Below, in pieces: positions 27,671 to 38,373 of a stretch of 60,889 nt of DNA. Position 1 is the stretch's first letter. Every line of letters starts with the position of its first letter. A program made the position numbers and the translations under genes. Source of the stretch: a virus (Duplodnaviria > Caudoviricetes); IMG/VR virus record IMGVR_UViG_3300032898_000004, positions 1 through 60,889 of that record. One strand, written 5' to 3'. The notes under the pieces were generated by a model, which saw only the letters and a program-made list of their open reading frames with translations, was not told the DNA's origin and searched no databases.

Positions 27671-29332
27671 TTAGAACGGCCAGTCGGCACCCTGACCGCG
27701 ACTCAGGACACCGAACAGCGTGAACAGCTTGTCGCTGAAGCCGGCGATCTCGAACCGGTTCCGCTTCGACGTGTCGACCGCCGTGGACGCGTAGCCGGCG
27801 ACGTTGACACCGAACAGCGGCACCGTCTCCGGCACGATCTTGTCCAGGGTCACCAGCCGATTCCCACGGCCCCACAGGTAACCGTGGTTGTAGTCACCGA
27901 TGCCCAGGTACGGGAAGCACTGCATGTCGGACACGATGATCACGCGGTCGTGTCCCTTGAAGTGCCTCTTCAGCGCATCCAGCATCTGGGTGCCGTGGCC
28001 GACCTCACCCACGCGGTTCTGGAACGACTCCACGGTCTTCAGGATGCCCGTCCCCTTCGGGATGGCGTGCGTGAAGGAGCCGTCGGCGAAGCCCACCAGC
28101 TCGGCGTTGCCGGTCTTGACCGCGATCGTGGCGCCGATGAGCGCGCCCAGCTGGACGTGCGACATCTTGGACTTGGCCGACACGGTACCCCGCATCGACG
28201 CCGAGGTGTCGACCAGGACCAGCGTGCGACCCGGCAGCTCCGGGATGTTCATCGCCGACGCCTGGACGGCTCGCTCCAGCGCGTACCCCCAGCGGAGGGA
28301 CGGCGCCGCGTCGAAGGCCGACAGGAACCGGTACGGGAACATCCGCGACTTGGCGATCTGCTCCGGGTCCATGAGCTTGTCGATCACGACCTGCGCGGCC
28401 TGGTCCGACACGCCGGCCTCGTCGAAGTTCCGCAGGTTGCGCACGAGGGCCATGATGCCCATGTTCGGGATCATCGCCTCCCACGCAGCCTTGTCCATCT
28501 TGCCGAGGCTGGACATGGACTCCCAGGTGTAACCGGCGTCCTTGAGGTGCGCCGGGTTCTCGAGCAGCAACTTGCGCCGCTCCTCCAGCTCGATCGCGTC
28601 CAGCTGCTGCCGGGCCTGGATCATCCCGAGCATGCTGCCCACTCGCACCTCGTCGTGCTTCCAGCGCACGTCCTTGAGGTAGTCGAAGAGCTCCTTCTGC
28701 CACAGGACATCGGTGATCGGGTGAACGATCGAGATGACGTCGGCCATGCGGAACGGCTGGTTGACACCGTCGTACTTGAGCGCGTTACGCTCGTTGTACA
28801 GCCGCAGCACCGCGTCTGCCAGACCGCGCTGCACGCCGCCCGGGACGGCCTTGCTGCCCGTGCGCGATCGCCAGTAGGCGATCACCTCGGCCGGCTCGTC
28901 GGGACGCTGGCAGGCGCTGTCGATCATCTTGCGGATCGAGATGACCTCACCGTCGGCGTACTGGACCTTGTCCTGGACCGCGAGGCCCTTTACCCGGCCC
29001 AGCCGCGCCAGCGCGCTCTCCACTGCGACGACGACGGACGCCGACCGCATGTTGAGCTCCTTGCGAAGGTACGGCACGAACCGCGCGACCCAGTTGGGAT
29101 CGGTACCGGTGGCCCGGTGGATCAGCTCCCGAAAGCGCTCGTCGCGCTCACCCTTGGCCTCGTAGTACGTGTCTTCGCCGACCAGGTTGCAGGCGGCAAA
29201 GACGAAGAGGTCCGACAGGACCTCACGGTTGTAGCCGACGCCACCCGCGTGGTTGACCACGGTGGTTCCCGTGGTCTTCACCGGACCGGACTTCGCCGTC
29301 GGCTTGAATTCCTTGCTCGCGAACTTGCTCAC
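27671..29332 (-). CDS. rsr: Ro60-like TROVE-domain RNA-binding protein (TROVE ring + vWA)
   Basis: NHAGG.GY, YLRKELNMRS, MALVRNLRNF, SRMFPYRFLSA, vWA LVDTSASM...GT...IIVSDMQ; GAGGAG RBS before GTG at 29332. Confidence 0.93.
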   Translation of the reverse strand: MSKFASKEFKPTAKSGPVKTTGTTVVNHAGGVGYNREVLSDLFVFAACNLVGEDTYYEAKGERDERFRELIHRATGTDPNWVARFVPYLRKELNMRSASVVVAVESALARLGRVKGLAVQDKVQYADGEVISIRKMIDSACQRPDEPAEVIAYWRSRTGSKAVPGGVQRGLADAVLRLYNERNALKYDGVNQPFRMADVISIVHPITDVLWQKELFDYLKDVRWKHDEVRVGSMLGMIQARQQLDAIELEERRKLLLENPAHLKDAGYTWESMSSLGKMDKAAWEAMIPNMGIMALVRNLRNFDEAGVSDQAAQVVIDKLMDPEQIAKSRMFPYRFLSAFDAAPSLRWGYALERAVQASAMNIPELPGRTLVLVDTSASMRGTVSAKSKMSHVQLGALIGATIAVKTGNAELVGFADGSFTHAIPKGTGILKTVESFQNRVGEVGHGTQMLDALKRHFKGHDRVIIVSDMQCFPYLGIGDYNHGYLWGRGNRLVTLDKIVPETVPLFGVNVAGYASTAVDTSKRNRFEIAGFSDKLFTLFGVLSRGQGADWPF

Positions 29333-29377
29333 TTCTGCTCCTCTCGCTTCGGCTTGCACCGAGATTACATAACAGTA

Positions 29378-29520
29378 GGCGACACGAGATCACTTCGTTC
29401 AACCCGTTCGGTCCGGTGCTCTGTCAACTGAGCTACACCGCCTCACGGCGGTGGCGGGACTCAAACCCGCGACACCCGGATTAAGCAAGGAAGTATGGCT
29501 GAACTTCGCTTCATGTCGCC
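29378..29520 (-). ncRNA. Y RNA-like unit 1 (YrlA-type circularly permuted tRNA mimic)
   Basis: 10-bp terminal stem, AGCGAA/UGAUC internal loop, inner stem, UACUUC, then T-arm GCGGG-UUUGAGU-CCCGC, closed acceptor CACCGCC-GUGA-GGCGGUG, D-arm UAGCUCAGUUGACAGAGC. Confidence 0.88.
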
Positions 29521-29532
29521 CACGTGGTTGTC

Positions 29533-29638
29533 GATGGTAGAGATCTGACTGACTGACCTATCGCGTGCCAGACGCTATGCTGAACCAGCAAACAGGGATT
29601 CGAACCTTGAAGTAAGGCCAATCTCCGCTTCTACCATC
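29533..29638 (-). ncRNA. Y RNA-like unit 2 (miniaturised tRNA mimic)
   Basis: same scaffold; GGUUCGAAUCC T-loop, UGCUG/CAGCA hairpin, GCGU-CUGGC-ACGC D-like hairpin. Confidence 0.78.
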
Positions 29639-29660
29639 AACTTCTCTGAGCCGGTGGCTC

Positions 29661-29813
29661 CAGCGTTCCCACGAGATCAAGTCGTAAGAGCGGACTGTTT
29701 AACGTGCTGCCATTACACTACCGCCCCAGGCGTGGAGCGGGCCGGAATCGAACCGACTCTTTCCGTTCCCTAAACGAAGAAGTAAGCCCTCACTACGCTT
29801 CGTGGGAACGCTG
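29661..29813 (-). ncRNA. Y RNA-like unit 3 (YrlA-type tRNA mimic, long variable region)
   Basis: 14-bp terminal stem; T-arm GUCGG-UUCGAUU-CCGGC, acceptor CCGCUCCA/UGGGGCGG, D-arm UAGUGUAAUGGCAGCAC. Confidence 0.88.
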
Positions 29814-29834
29814 CAACCACCGAGTCAAACTTGG

Positions 29835-29908
29835 CATCCCCGAGATCACAACTGGTGAGGTGTTGACTTTCCACAAGTGAAGTAACCCCACCATCCGCTT
29901 CGGGGATG
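29835..29908 (-). ncRNA. Y RNA-like unit 4 (minimal scaffold)
   Basis: CAUCCCCGA/UCGGGGAUG, AGCGGA/UGAUC loop, UGGUGGGGU/ACCUCACCA, UACUUCAC loop. Confidence 0.78.
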
Positions 29909-29919
29909 ACCGAAGCTTA

Positions 29920-29995
29920 GTTACCACGAGATCAAAACGAACGAGGAGTTTTTTCAATGGAAGTGAAGTATCCCCGGTCTCCGCTTCGTGGCGAC
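29920..29995 (-). ncRNA. Y RNA-like unit 5 (minimal scaffold)
   Basis: GCCACGA/UCGUGGU, AGCGGA/UGAUC loop, inner stem, UACUUCAC loop. Confidence 0.75.
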
Positions 29996-30002
29996 GTTGA
30001 TT

Positions 30003-30031
30003 ACACTACCCTCCGTGGAGCCGCGTGTCCA
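30003..30031 (-). promoter_or_regulatory. promoter TGGACA-N17-TAGTGT for the Y-RNA array / Ro operon
   Basis: 17-bp spacing; predicted +1 falls at the 5' end of unit 5. Confidence 0.65.
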
Positions 30032-30118
30032 GTCGTTTTGCGCCTGACTTCGTGTGTGTACAATCTCACGCGTGCGTGGTACAGTAGAACCAGATCAAGG
30101 AATCCGAGACCAAGGAGA

Positions 30119-30394
30119 ATGACCATGTCGGTCACGTACGTCGCCCGTCACGCCAAGCCCTACGACCGCGAGGCGGACATCGCGAGGATCAAGGTCTTCG
30201 AGATCAAGGAGATGACCATCGTCGAGGAGACCGGCACCTGCCAGATGGAGGACCTGGGCGTCGAGCACTCCGGTATCGGCACCCTCAGGGTCAACGCCTA
30301 CAACCTGGCACTGCACTCCGACGACAGCCTCAACTACATCTGCGACAACTGCGACACCGAGCTCAAGCGGCTAGTCGCCACCGACGGCGAGTAA
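30119..30394 (+). CDS. hypothetical protein
   Basis: promoter 30057-30085, AAGGAG RBS, terminator 30408-30431. Confidence 0.7.
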   Translation: MTMSVTYVARHAKPYDREADIARIKVFEIKEMTIVEETGTCQMEDLGVEHSGIGTLRVNAYNLALHSDDSLNYICDNCDTELKRLVATDGE

Positions 30395-30543
30395 CCAGTA
30401 GCGAGACAGCCGGCCCACGGGCCGGCTTTTTCGTGCCTTGGAACCTAGCACGGGAGGTACCACGGTGTCTGAGGTAGGCCGTGGTGGCTTCCTTCGGGCA
30501 CGAGAGAGCCCGCGCTCCGAGGAACGCGGGCTCTGATTGTCGA

Positions 30544-30975
30544 TCAGTACTGCTCGAACGGTGCCTCGTTCTCGGCGTCACATTCGTTGCAGATGTCGTC
30601 GCCCTTGCCGACGACGGCCCCGCACTTCTCACACTCGTCGTTCTCGTCCTCGTCCTCGTCGTCCTCGAACGGATCGACGTTCGCGTCGTGCGCCACCAGG
30701 GCCTGCAGCTCCGTCTTGAGGCCGTAGTTGTGGAGGTACGTGTGCTCGTACCAGGCCTTGCCCTCGGCTTCCCACGCGCGGCGGGCCTCGTCGATGTACG
30801 GCTGCAGGAAAGTGCGGAAGGCCTGGTTGGCGGTGTTGTAGTCCTCGAAGCCGAAGCTCGCCGAGCGCGCGGCGTACGCCGCGATGAACATCTCGGGACG
30901 GGCCCGCAGGGCGAGCTGCTCCGCCCGGAAGCGGATCCACTGGCTGCGGTTGAAGTAGACCTTGGTCTGGCTCAT
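30544..30975 (-). CDS. hypothetical protein with acidic C-terminal Zn finger
   Basis: promoter 31015-31043; CEKC...CNEC. Confidence 0.7.
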   Translation of the reverse strand: MSQTKVYFNRSQWIRFRAEQLALRARPEMFIAAYAARSASFGFEDYNTANQAFRTFLQPYIDEARRAWEAEGKAWYEHTYLHNYGLKTELQALVAHDANVDPFEDDEDEDENDECEKCGAVVGKGDDICNECDAENEAPFEQY

Positions 30976-31309
30976 GATTCTCCCTAGTCGGTCTCGGTTC
31001 CGTGTTCTGGTACTACCATACCACCCGCGGTGGTGATTGTACACACATGAGACAAAGAGAAAGCCCGGCCGAAGCCGAGCTTTCTCAGTGCAGACTACGC
31101 GGGGCCGAGGTCCGCGCCGCAGCCGGAGTTGCACACCCGGCGGCCGGCGAGGATGACCACGCTCGCGTGGGTGCAGGTGTCGGGATCGTAGTGCTCGTGC
31201 TTCGGCTTGACGTCCACTCTTCCTCCTTCCGAGTTCCTGGTTCTAGCGTACCAGCTGTGGAGCTATTTGTAAACAGCAGAAAGCCCGGGCCGAAGCCCGG
31301 GCTCCCACG

Positions 31310-31561
31310 TTAGCTGAGCTTGCGGTCCGCGTTGCCGTTCGGGCCGAGGATTTCCAGCGCCTCGTCCAGGTTGCCCGCCGTGTACTCGGTGAGCAGCCAG
31401 TCCAGCACGCGCGGCGCGGTGCCCTCGACCTTCACGACCGGGTTGCCGCCGCCGGGGCCGACGAGCTCCAGGAGCTCGATGGTTACCGGACCGCTCTCGG
31501 TGAACTGCTCCCCAACCAGGTTCTGGCCGTCGATGCAATCCAGCACGATGCTCACGATCAT
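31310..31561 (-). CDS. hypothetical protein
   Basis: promoter 31635-31663; GPGGGNP motif. Confidence 0.65.
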   Translation of the reverse strand: MIVSIVLDCIDGQNLVGEQFTESGPVTIELLELVGPGGGNPVVKVEGTAPRVLDWLLTEYTAGNLDEALEILGPNGNADRKLS

Positions 31562-31772
31562 GATCGTTTCCTCTCTGGAATTTTCAAGGTAGCTCGGTTC
31601 CCGGTTGCTTACCCGGTTCCTTGCTGCTAGGACCAATATACCCTGGCTGGGAGCTAATGTACACACCCTCCGACCTGGGCTTTTACTGGGAGCGGCAGCG
31701 TGCAACGTGCCCAGGTGGGCCCACGTGGGCAGCGTGGGGCACGTGCACGGCGGCTGGGTATATCCAGGCACG

Positions 31773-32411
31773 CTACGTGGACTGGCTCCCGTTCGGGTTG
31801 GCACCGGTACTCGTGCTACTGCTACCGTCGCTGCCGGTACTGGTTGGGGTGCTGCTCGTGCTCGCGCTCGCGCTGCTCGTAGTGCCGCTGCTGCTCGCGG
31901 CTACCGTCGTGCTGGGCACGGCTGGCGGCACGTACGAGTGCGTGGGCGCTGGTGGGCTCGGCTTGGGCGCGTGCGTGGGTGGCACGTACGCAGGCGCACG
32001 GTGCGTGGTTGGCGCGGGTGGCGGTGGCAGCACCGCGCCGTCCGTGGGAATCGTGATGGTGCCGCCGGCGGTGGCTGATGCCGCGTGCGTGGGTAGCGGC
32101 ACGGGCGGTGGACTGGACGTGAGGCCGGCGTTCGTGTACAGGACCACGGCAGCCGACGCAGCCGTGACCACGAGGCCCACGGCTGCGAATACCCAGACGG
32201 ACCGCGGGATGGGACGGCGGTTCGGCTTGACCTTCACGGGTCGCCGCCGTGCTGGCTGCTGCAGTGACGCCGGGATGCGCGGCATGGACGGTACGGTGCG
32301 GTACTCGCTGAGCCACTCGTCGTAGACGGAGTAGGTCTCGGTGCTGTCGCCGTCCGGCAGCGTGATCTCGGTTGGCAGCTCGGCGGTGATCTCGTTCGGG
32401 TTCTCGTTCAT
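31773..32411 (-). CDS. membrane protein with Pro/Ser/Thr-rich tail
   Basis: central TM segment then low-complexity region. Confidence 0.65.
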   Translation of the reverse strand: MNENPNEITAELPTEITLPDGDSTETYSVYDEWLSEYRTVPSMPRIPASLQQPARRRPVKVKPNRRPIPRSVWVFAAVGLVVTAASAAVVLYTNAGLTSSPPPVPLPTHAASATAGGTITIPTDGAVLPPPPAPTTHRAPAYVPPTHAPKPSPPAPTHSYVPPAVPSTTVAASSSGTTSSASASTSSTPTSTGSDGSSSTSTGANPNGSQST

Positions 32412-32580
32412 CTCGGTCTCGTCTCCACCTCGTGGGAAAGCCCCGCCCTGGGTGGGCGGGGCCGTGTCACTGATCTTCGTTACGCTTTCGGTACGAGTGC
32501 CATCCCGTGGCGAACATGACGCTGCCGGTGACGATGAACGTGACGGCGATCGTCGTGAGGATGACGTAGTGCCAGGGGGG

Positions 32581-33789
32581 TCACGAGGCGGGCGTCAACT
32601 GCACGATGTCCGCGGTGGCATTCACCGCGAAGTCACCGCTACCCTCGCTACCGCGATCGGCGTTGTAGCCGAATGCGTCGATCTCCAGCGTGGTGCTGGA
32701 GGTGAGCGTGATGATCCCCTCAGCCACGGCGGTCTGCTCGAGACCATTCGGGACGTCGTTGACCGCACCTACGGCCATGGCCGCGTTGTACGGGAACTGG
32801 TCCGTATAGCCGGTCAGCTGCTTGTCGGCGCCGTTGAGCTGGATCTGGAGGACCGGCGTCGCGGTTGTCGCCGTATTCTCGTAGAAGTCACCGGTCAGCG
32901 TGACTAGGTAGGTACCCGCGCCCAGCGTGAAGTCGTGGACGTCGGTGTGTCCCTTGGTCCAACTGCCGCCGATGTTGGTCAGCGTCGCGTTACTGCTCTC
33001 GTTGGAGACGGCCTGCACCCCCGACGGGCCCTGAGGACCGGTGGCTCCCGTGGCCCCAGTCGCACCCGTCGCTCCGGTGGCGCCAGTTGGACCCTGCGGT
33101 CCCGTGGGACCCTGCGGGCCAGTCGCACCGGTGGCGCCATCCTGGCCGTCGACTCCGTTGGTACCGGCCGCGCCGGTCGCACCCTGTGGACCCTGAGGTC
33201 CAACCGGCCCGGTTGGGCCGATCAGCGACGCGCCGGGACCCCAGCCGTTCGCGGTCTTGGGACCGTACACCTGGTAGGTGTTCGTGTCCAGGTACAGGTC
33301 ACCCACGACGCCGATGGTGTTGTCCGGCGCACCCGCGCTGGCGATGACCGTGTTGCCGTTGGTCCCGTTCGTGCCGTTGGTTCCATTGGTTCCGGGAGTG
33401 CCCTGCAGACCCTGCAGACCCTGCGGGCCGGTCAACCCGGTGGCACCCGTGAGACCGGTGGCACCCGTGAGACCGGTGGCGCCGGTCTTGCCGGTTGCCC
33501 CCGTGGCGCCGGTCGGTCCGACCTGGTTCCAGGTCCGCAGGTAGTCGCCGTGCTTCGAGGACGGGCAGCTCGCGGGCTTGTAGTCGTAGATGGGGCTGTT
33601 CGCGACGCCGTAGACGTTCTCGAAGCACTGGTACAGCGTGCCCGCGGCGATCGTGGAGATGGACGGGGTACTGCTCACTGCGTTGGCGATGCCGAGCGAT
33701 CCGGCGGCGACCGCGGTACCGGTGACGGCAGCGGCGATCGTGATCCTCTTCTTGCGATTCAAGGTCAGTTCCCTACTTTTCGGGGTCAT
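32581..33789 (-). CDS. secreted collagen-like protein
   Basis: signal peptide [19 protein letters not shown]; two G-X-Y tracts flanking a GAP...GDLYLD...YGPK domain; promoter 33818-33846. Confidence 0.85.
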   Translation of the reverse strand: MTPKSRELTLNRKKRITIAAAVTGTAVAAGSLGIANAVSSTPSISTIAAGTLYQCFENVYGVANSPIYDYKPASCPSSKHGDYLRTWNQVGPTGATGATGKTGATGLTGATGLTGATGLTGPQGLQGLQGTPGTNGTNGTNGTNGNTVIASAGAPDNTIGVVGDLYLDTNTYQVYGPKTANGWGPGASLIGPTGPVGPQGPQGATGAAGTNGVDGQDGATGATGPQGPTGPQGPTGATGATGATGATGATGPQGPSGVQAVSNESSNATLTNIGGSWTKGHTDVHDFTLGAGTYLVTLTGDFYENTATTATPVLQIQLNGADKQLTGYTDQFPYNAAMAVGAVNDVPNGLEQTAVAEGIITLTSSTTLEIDAFGYNADRGSEGSGDFAVNATADIVQLTPAS

Positions 33790-36700
33790 TCTTCTGGCTC
33801 GTGCCTGTCGTCGGATGACAGTATCACCCGGCGGCGCACTTGTAAACTACTCGTCGGCTCGGACTCGTCAACGGGGGCGTCGGGCTTGGCGTTCAGGTAG
33901 ATCATCAGTGCCAAGGCTGAGCTGAACCCAGCCAGAAAGCACCCGACGGACAGCGCGATCACTCGGACGGCCTCGCGTCCCACTTGTGGTCCCAGCCGAT
34001 GTCCACACCCGCACCGTCACCCCACCGCTCGCGGATCTGGCGACGGCTGCGACTGTCGTGCCTGGGCGGATTGACACCCTTGGACACGTCGATGGGGTGA
34101 TCGACGACGCCCTTGAAGAGTCGGTGGTTCCGCCAGACGACGAACGCGAACAACGCGCCCATCGTCAGCGCTGCCACGAGCGTGGCGATGGAAAGCCAGG
34201 TCACGTCTCGTCCTCACTCTCAATCTCGGGCGGTTCCCAGTTCTTGACGCGGAACTGCTGCTGGGGACGCGGCAGCGGCAGTACCTCGCGGACCTGCCCG
34301 CGCTGCGCGGCCGTGACCAGGCACGGATCACAGACGTTGATCTCCACGTGCGCGAGCGCGATGTTGTCGAGCACCGCGCTGCCGTAGTTGCCGCGGCTGG
34401 TGAACGTCACCGCTCCCGACGGCTGGCGGGCGCCGCGGTAGATCGCCGGGATCGGCTTGTCACAGACGACGCAGGGGATCGGCGTGGTGTCGTTCTCGTA
34501 CTGGTGTGCTGAGCGGACGCGCTTCATCAGCGCCTGGTGCCCGGGGTCGTCCCGGTGGAGTTCACCCAGCGCCTCGTCGAGCTCCCGAAGGCTCTCCTCG
34601 TTACTTGTCGCCACGGTGCATCAGCTTCGGGATCAGCTTGGCCGCCAGGACGACCATCAGGCCGCCGATCGCCGCGGCCGGGGCGCACGTACCGCTGGCG
34701 CAGCCACCCTGGGCGACGCCGTTACCACTTGCCTTGTTCACTTCACGTTCCCTCTCTGAGTCAGGTTATTCAGGATCTTGACCGCCACGGTGACGGTCAA
34801 GAGACCGGTGAGGGCCGCCGACACCGCGCACGATGAGCAGGCGCTGGTCTTCGGCCCGAGTGGCCCGTCAGCCACGGCGTGCTTCCCTCGTGAGGAGTCC
34901 CACGAGGGCCGCGAGCAGCAAGCCGACCAGCCCGATGACGCTGCACCCGTTCATGCAGCCGTAGCTGATCTCGCCGTTCTCGTCGATCTTCTTCTCAGTC
35001 ACGACCTAGTCACCACCTTGATCAGCGTCTCAACGATCACACCCATGGAGCCCACGCCAGCGAGCGCGACGACCGCGCAGTTGCCGACGGTGCTGCCCTT
35101 GCCCGTGCCGCTGTTACCGCTAGGAAGACGCTTTACCATTCAGGTTCCTCTCGAGTTCCTTGAAGTAACACTTCTCGTGCTCCACCCAACCCGACCCGTG
35201 CTTGCCGGTCGGGTTGAGTGCCACGACCACTTGGAACGGCCACCAGATCCGGCGGCCACACACGTCACATCGTCTCACGATCTGTTCGGTGCCTCTCGTA
35301 CTCGTGGACCACGGCCGCGTTCGCGAACTTCGTCGCGTCCTCCGGGCCGAGATTACCACTGGCGGCCACGGTCACGTAACTGCCGTCGGGATTGACGCAG
35401 CTCGTACACAGCAGCCGCCAGAAGTAGTCGAAGTACGCCACGGCATAGTGGTCCACGCTCGTTCCTCCTCGGTGATGCCCGTCACCTGGTACAACGATGA
35501 TCAGGTCAGTGGGTTACTCTCTGGTTGATCGTCATCCTCGATCTCTCCCTCCAGGTCCAGCGTGTCCGCGAACCACTTCCAGTCACCCGGGAACAGCGTC
35601 TCAACCTGCTCCTGGGTGAGTGGGAAGCTCGTGACGGTACGCTCCTTCTTGATCTTCCAGGCGTAGTTCAGGACGGCGTTGCCGACGTCCATCCACCAAC
35701 CGCCCAGGTTGTGCTCCTCGGTGCCGACGTGGAACGTCCAACCCCACGGGTTGATCCAGCAGAAGGGGAGGTTCTTGTACTTCCCCCACCACTCCAGGTC
35801 GGCGCCCTCGATGATCTCGGCGATGATCGCGCCTCGCATGCTGTTCTCGCACACGTCGAGCTGGAAGCCGTCCTTGGTGCGAGCGATATACCAGGTCTTC
35901 ACTTCTAGTCGTTCCCGCCCCACGACATGCCGAGGGAGACGAGCTCCGTCGCCGGCCAGAGGACGGCGGCGATGACCAGCAGGAGGCGGGTAATGATCAG
36001 AACGGGGAGGTCGACCTTCTTCCCGAAGTTCCTGACCTGGTCACGCCCCAGCAGTTGACCGTACTCGACGAGGGCGACGTCCAGGTAGATCTGGATCCAC
36101 CAGTGGAGCGAGTGGTAGTTGAGCACTACTTCCCCCTGACGTCCTTGATCCGTCCGATGGTCATCTGGGCCATGACTGCCGAGTAGATCACCAGGAATCC
36201 ACCCCACGCGGGGATGTACCACGGGATCCCGGCCTCACTGGGCGTGATGACGGTGATGCACGTCGCGGTGACCATCGTCATCCACTCGGCGACGAGCATC
36301 GTCCACAGCATCCAGAGTCTACTCGGGAACATCGGCACTCCTCGAGATCCACACTTCGCCGTTGAACTCCGCCGGCAGCCAGCCCGCCTCCCACGCGTCC
36401 GCGGGGAAGGCACTGGGCCGCCAGTTGGTGCCCGGATACGCCTGCGTCGCCCAGCCGAACGCCCACTGGCCGGGGTGCTCCAGGTTGGGGCTGTCCCGCA
36501 CGACCTCGCACTTGAACACGCCGAGAATCTCCGGCGCGCGGTACGGCTCGTCCTGCACGTATGTCTCGCCCGGCTTGAAGAACTCGCTCATCTCAGTCTC
36601 CCTTCCGATCCGATAGTATCAGCGCGACGGCGATGCGGCCAGTGACCTCCCACTTGGCGATCGTCTCAGCGCCGCTGTACGTGGGTCCCAGGGCGGCACG

Positions 36701-38014
36701 CGCTGCGTCGACGGCGGCCTTGGCCTGCCGCCGGTAGCGCTCCTCCACGGGGATCTCGTCCTCAGGCACGGCGCTTGACTGCCTTCCGCACGTCGTTGGC
36801 GACCACGCCGGCGAAGAAGATGACGCAGGCCAGGTAGAACCAGGTCGCGTCGGTCCAGTGGTGGTGCACGACGTTGCCGATGATGCTGGCGACGTTGAGC
36901 AGTGCCACGAAGATGTACAACTGGTCCGCCTTCAGCGTCGGCCAGCAGCCGCTCGGACGGGGGTTGTCGCCGCCGTCACTGATGTCGGGCATCGTTACTC
37001 TCCCTCGGGGAGGTGGAAGATGGTGAACGGGTGCCAGTCGCTGCGGAGCAGGGTCTGGGAGGTGTAGCCGGTGTTGATGCCGTTCGCGGTGTACCACCAG
37101 TTGCCCTCACCGGGGTCGTCACCGTCCTCCCCCGGCTGCCACTCCCAGACGTCCTGGTCCTTGTCGATCAGCAGGACGGGCTTCTTCCCGACCGCCGCCA
37201 GGGCGTGCAGCTGCGCGATCGTGGTGACCCGGTCACCGACCCTGAGTTTCGGCATCGGCTCGGCGTCCTGTGGTGTCTCGTCCTCGCCGAACACCGCCTG
37301 GACCAGCTGCCCGATGACGTCGGTGAGCTGCTCGAGGTTGCGCACGATCTTCTTCTGCGACGGGAGGTACTCCCCGTCGCGGAGGCGATTACGCACTTCG
37401 TCGAGGATGATCCGCGCGCCGCCGAGCAGCGCATCCCTCGTCTTGTCATCCATCATTCTTCGCCTCTCGTTCCAGTAACTTCTTGATCTTGCGACGCATC
37501 CAGTAGCCCACCGGCTCCCAGTCACGCACGTTGAAGGTGCGCCGGAGTATCCACCACCGGTGGCACGTGGGGCACTCGATGACGGTGCCGAGTGGCGTCT
37601 GGTAGACGGACGGCATCCGGCACACGTGGTCCGCGGGGATCTTGACGCGGGTGACGACCCTGGGCTCGTCGGTCATCCGAAGTCCCTCGGGCTCTTAGGA
37701 TTGGCGTTGCCGAGGCGCTCCAGGGCGGTGGCGATCGCGGCGCTCGTGTCGGCGCGGACCATCCAGGTGGTGATCTCGCAGCGTTCCAGGCCGTCTGGCG
37801 CGTAGCACGTGCCGACCCGGTCGTCGTAGATCTCGACCTCGCCATCCGGCGTGGTCACCACCCACCGCGCCATGCTGACCGCGACGTTGCGCGGCGCGAA
37901 GGTGCCGTCGTTGAACGCCCGGCAGAGCTGGGCGTACGTGGCGTTGAGTACGCTGGGGACTCCGTGTGCGGCGTTGATGCCGAGTGCGCGACGGAAGGTG
38001 ATCATCTCGTTCAC
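33786..38014 (-). other. run of about 15 small, mostly translationally coupled hypothetical ORFs (several membrane or Cys-pair proteins)
   Basis: GTGA/ATGA overlaps, e.g. 33959-34204, 34201-34614, 36319-36591, 37446-37676, 37673-38014. Confidence 0.55.
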
Positions 38015-38373
38015 TTCGGTTCCTCTCTCGTGAATACATCGTACCAGGTGACTGAGTCAGTTGCCACCGCGCCACTGCGTGGTGGCGGCGAGCGCGAAGA
38101 TCATCACCACGCCGAACCACGTGAGGCCGTAGGTGACGTAGTCAACCCAGTTGCGCTCGATCGTTCGGGCCGCGTAGGCACGGTGGTGCCGCTGGTGGGC
38201 GACTGGGACGTGGGGTGCGCGGGTCTGCATGGCGTGATCCTCTCGGTTCCGGTGTGTCCGTGCGTGTCGAGGTAAATGTAACCACTTGTTGGCGTAGTGT
38301 CCAGTGCTGTTTACACTTGCAGGCGTGGATGGTACGATGGGACCAGAGCACGAACCGACACCGAGGAGAATCA

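Noticed and set aside
29412-29480. Ordinary tRNA genes upstream of TROVE
   Set aside because: The arms are in permuted order (T, closed acceptor, D) with no anticodon loop, which fits YrlA-type Y RNA.
29378-29995. CRISPR array (repeated GAGATC...GAAGTA...CGCTTC)
   Set aside because: The conserved parts are short motifs within self-paired units of 74-153 nt, not identical repeats with unique spacers, and there is no cas operon.
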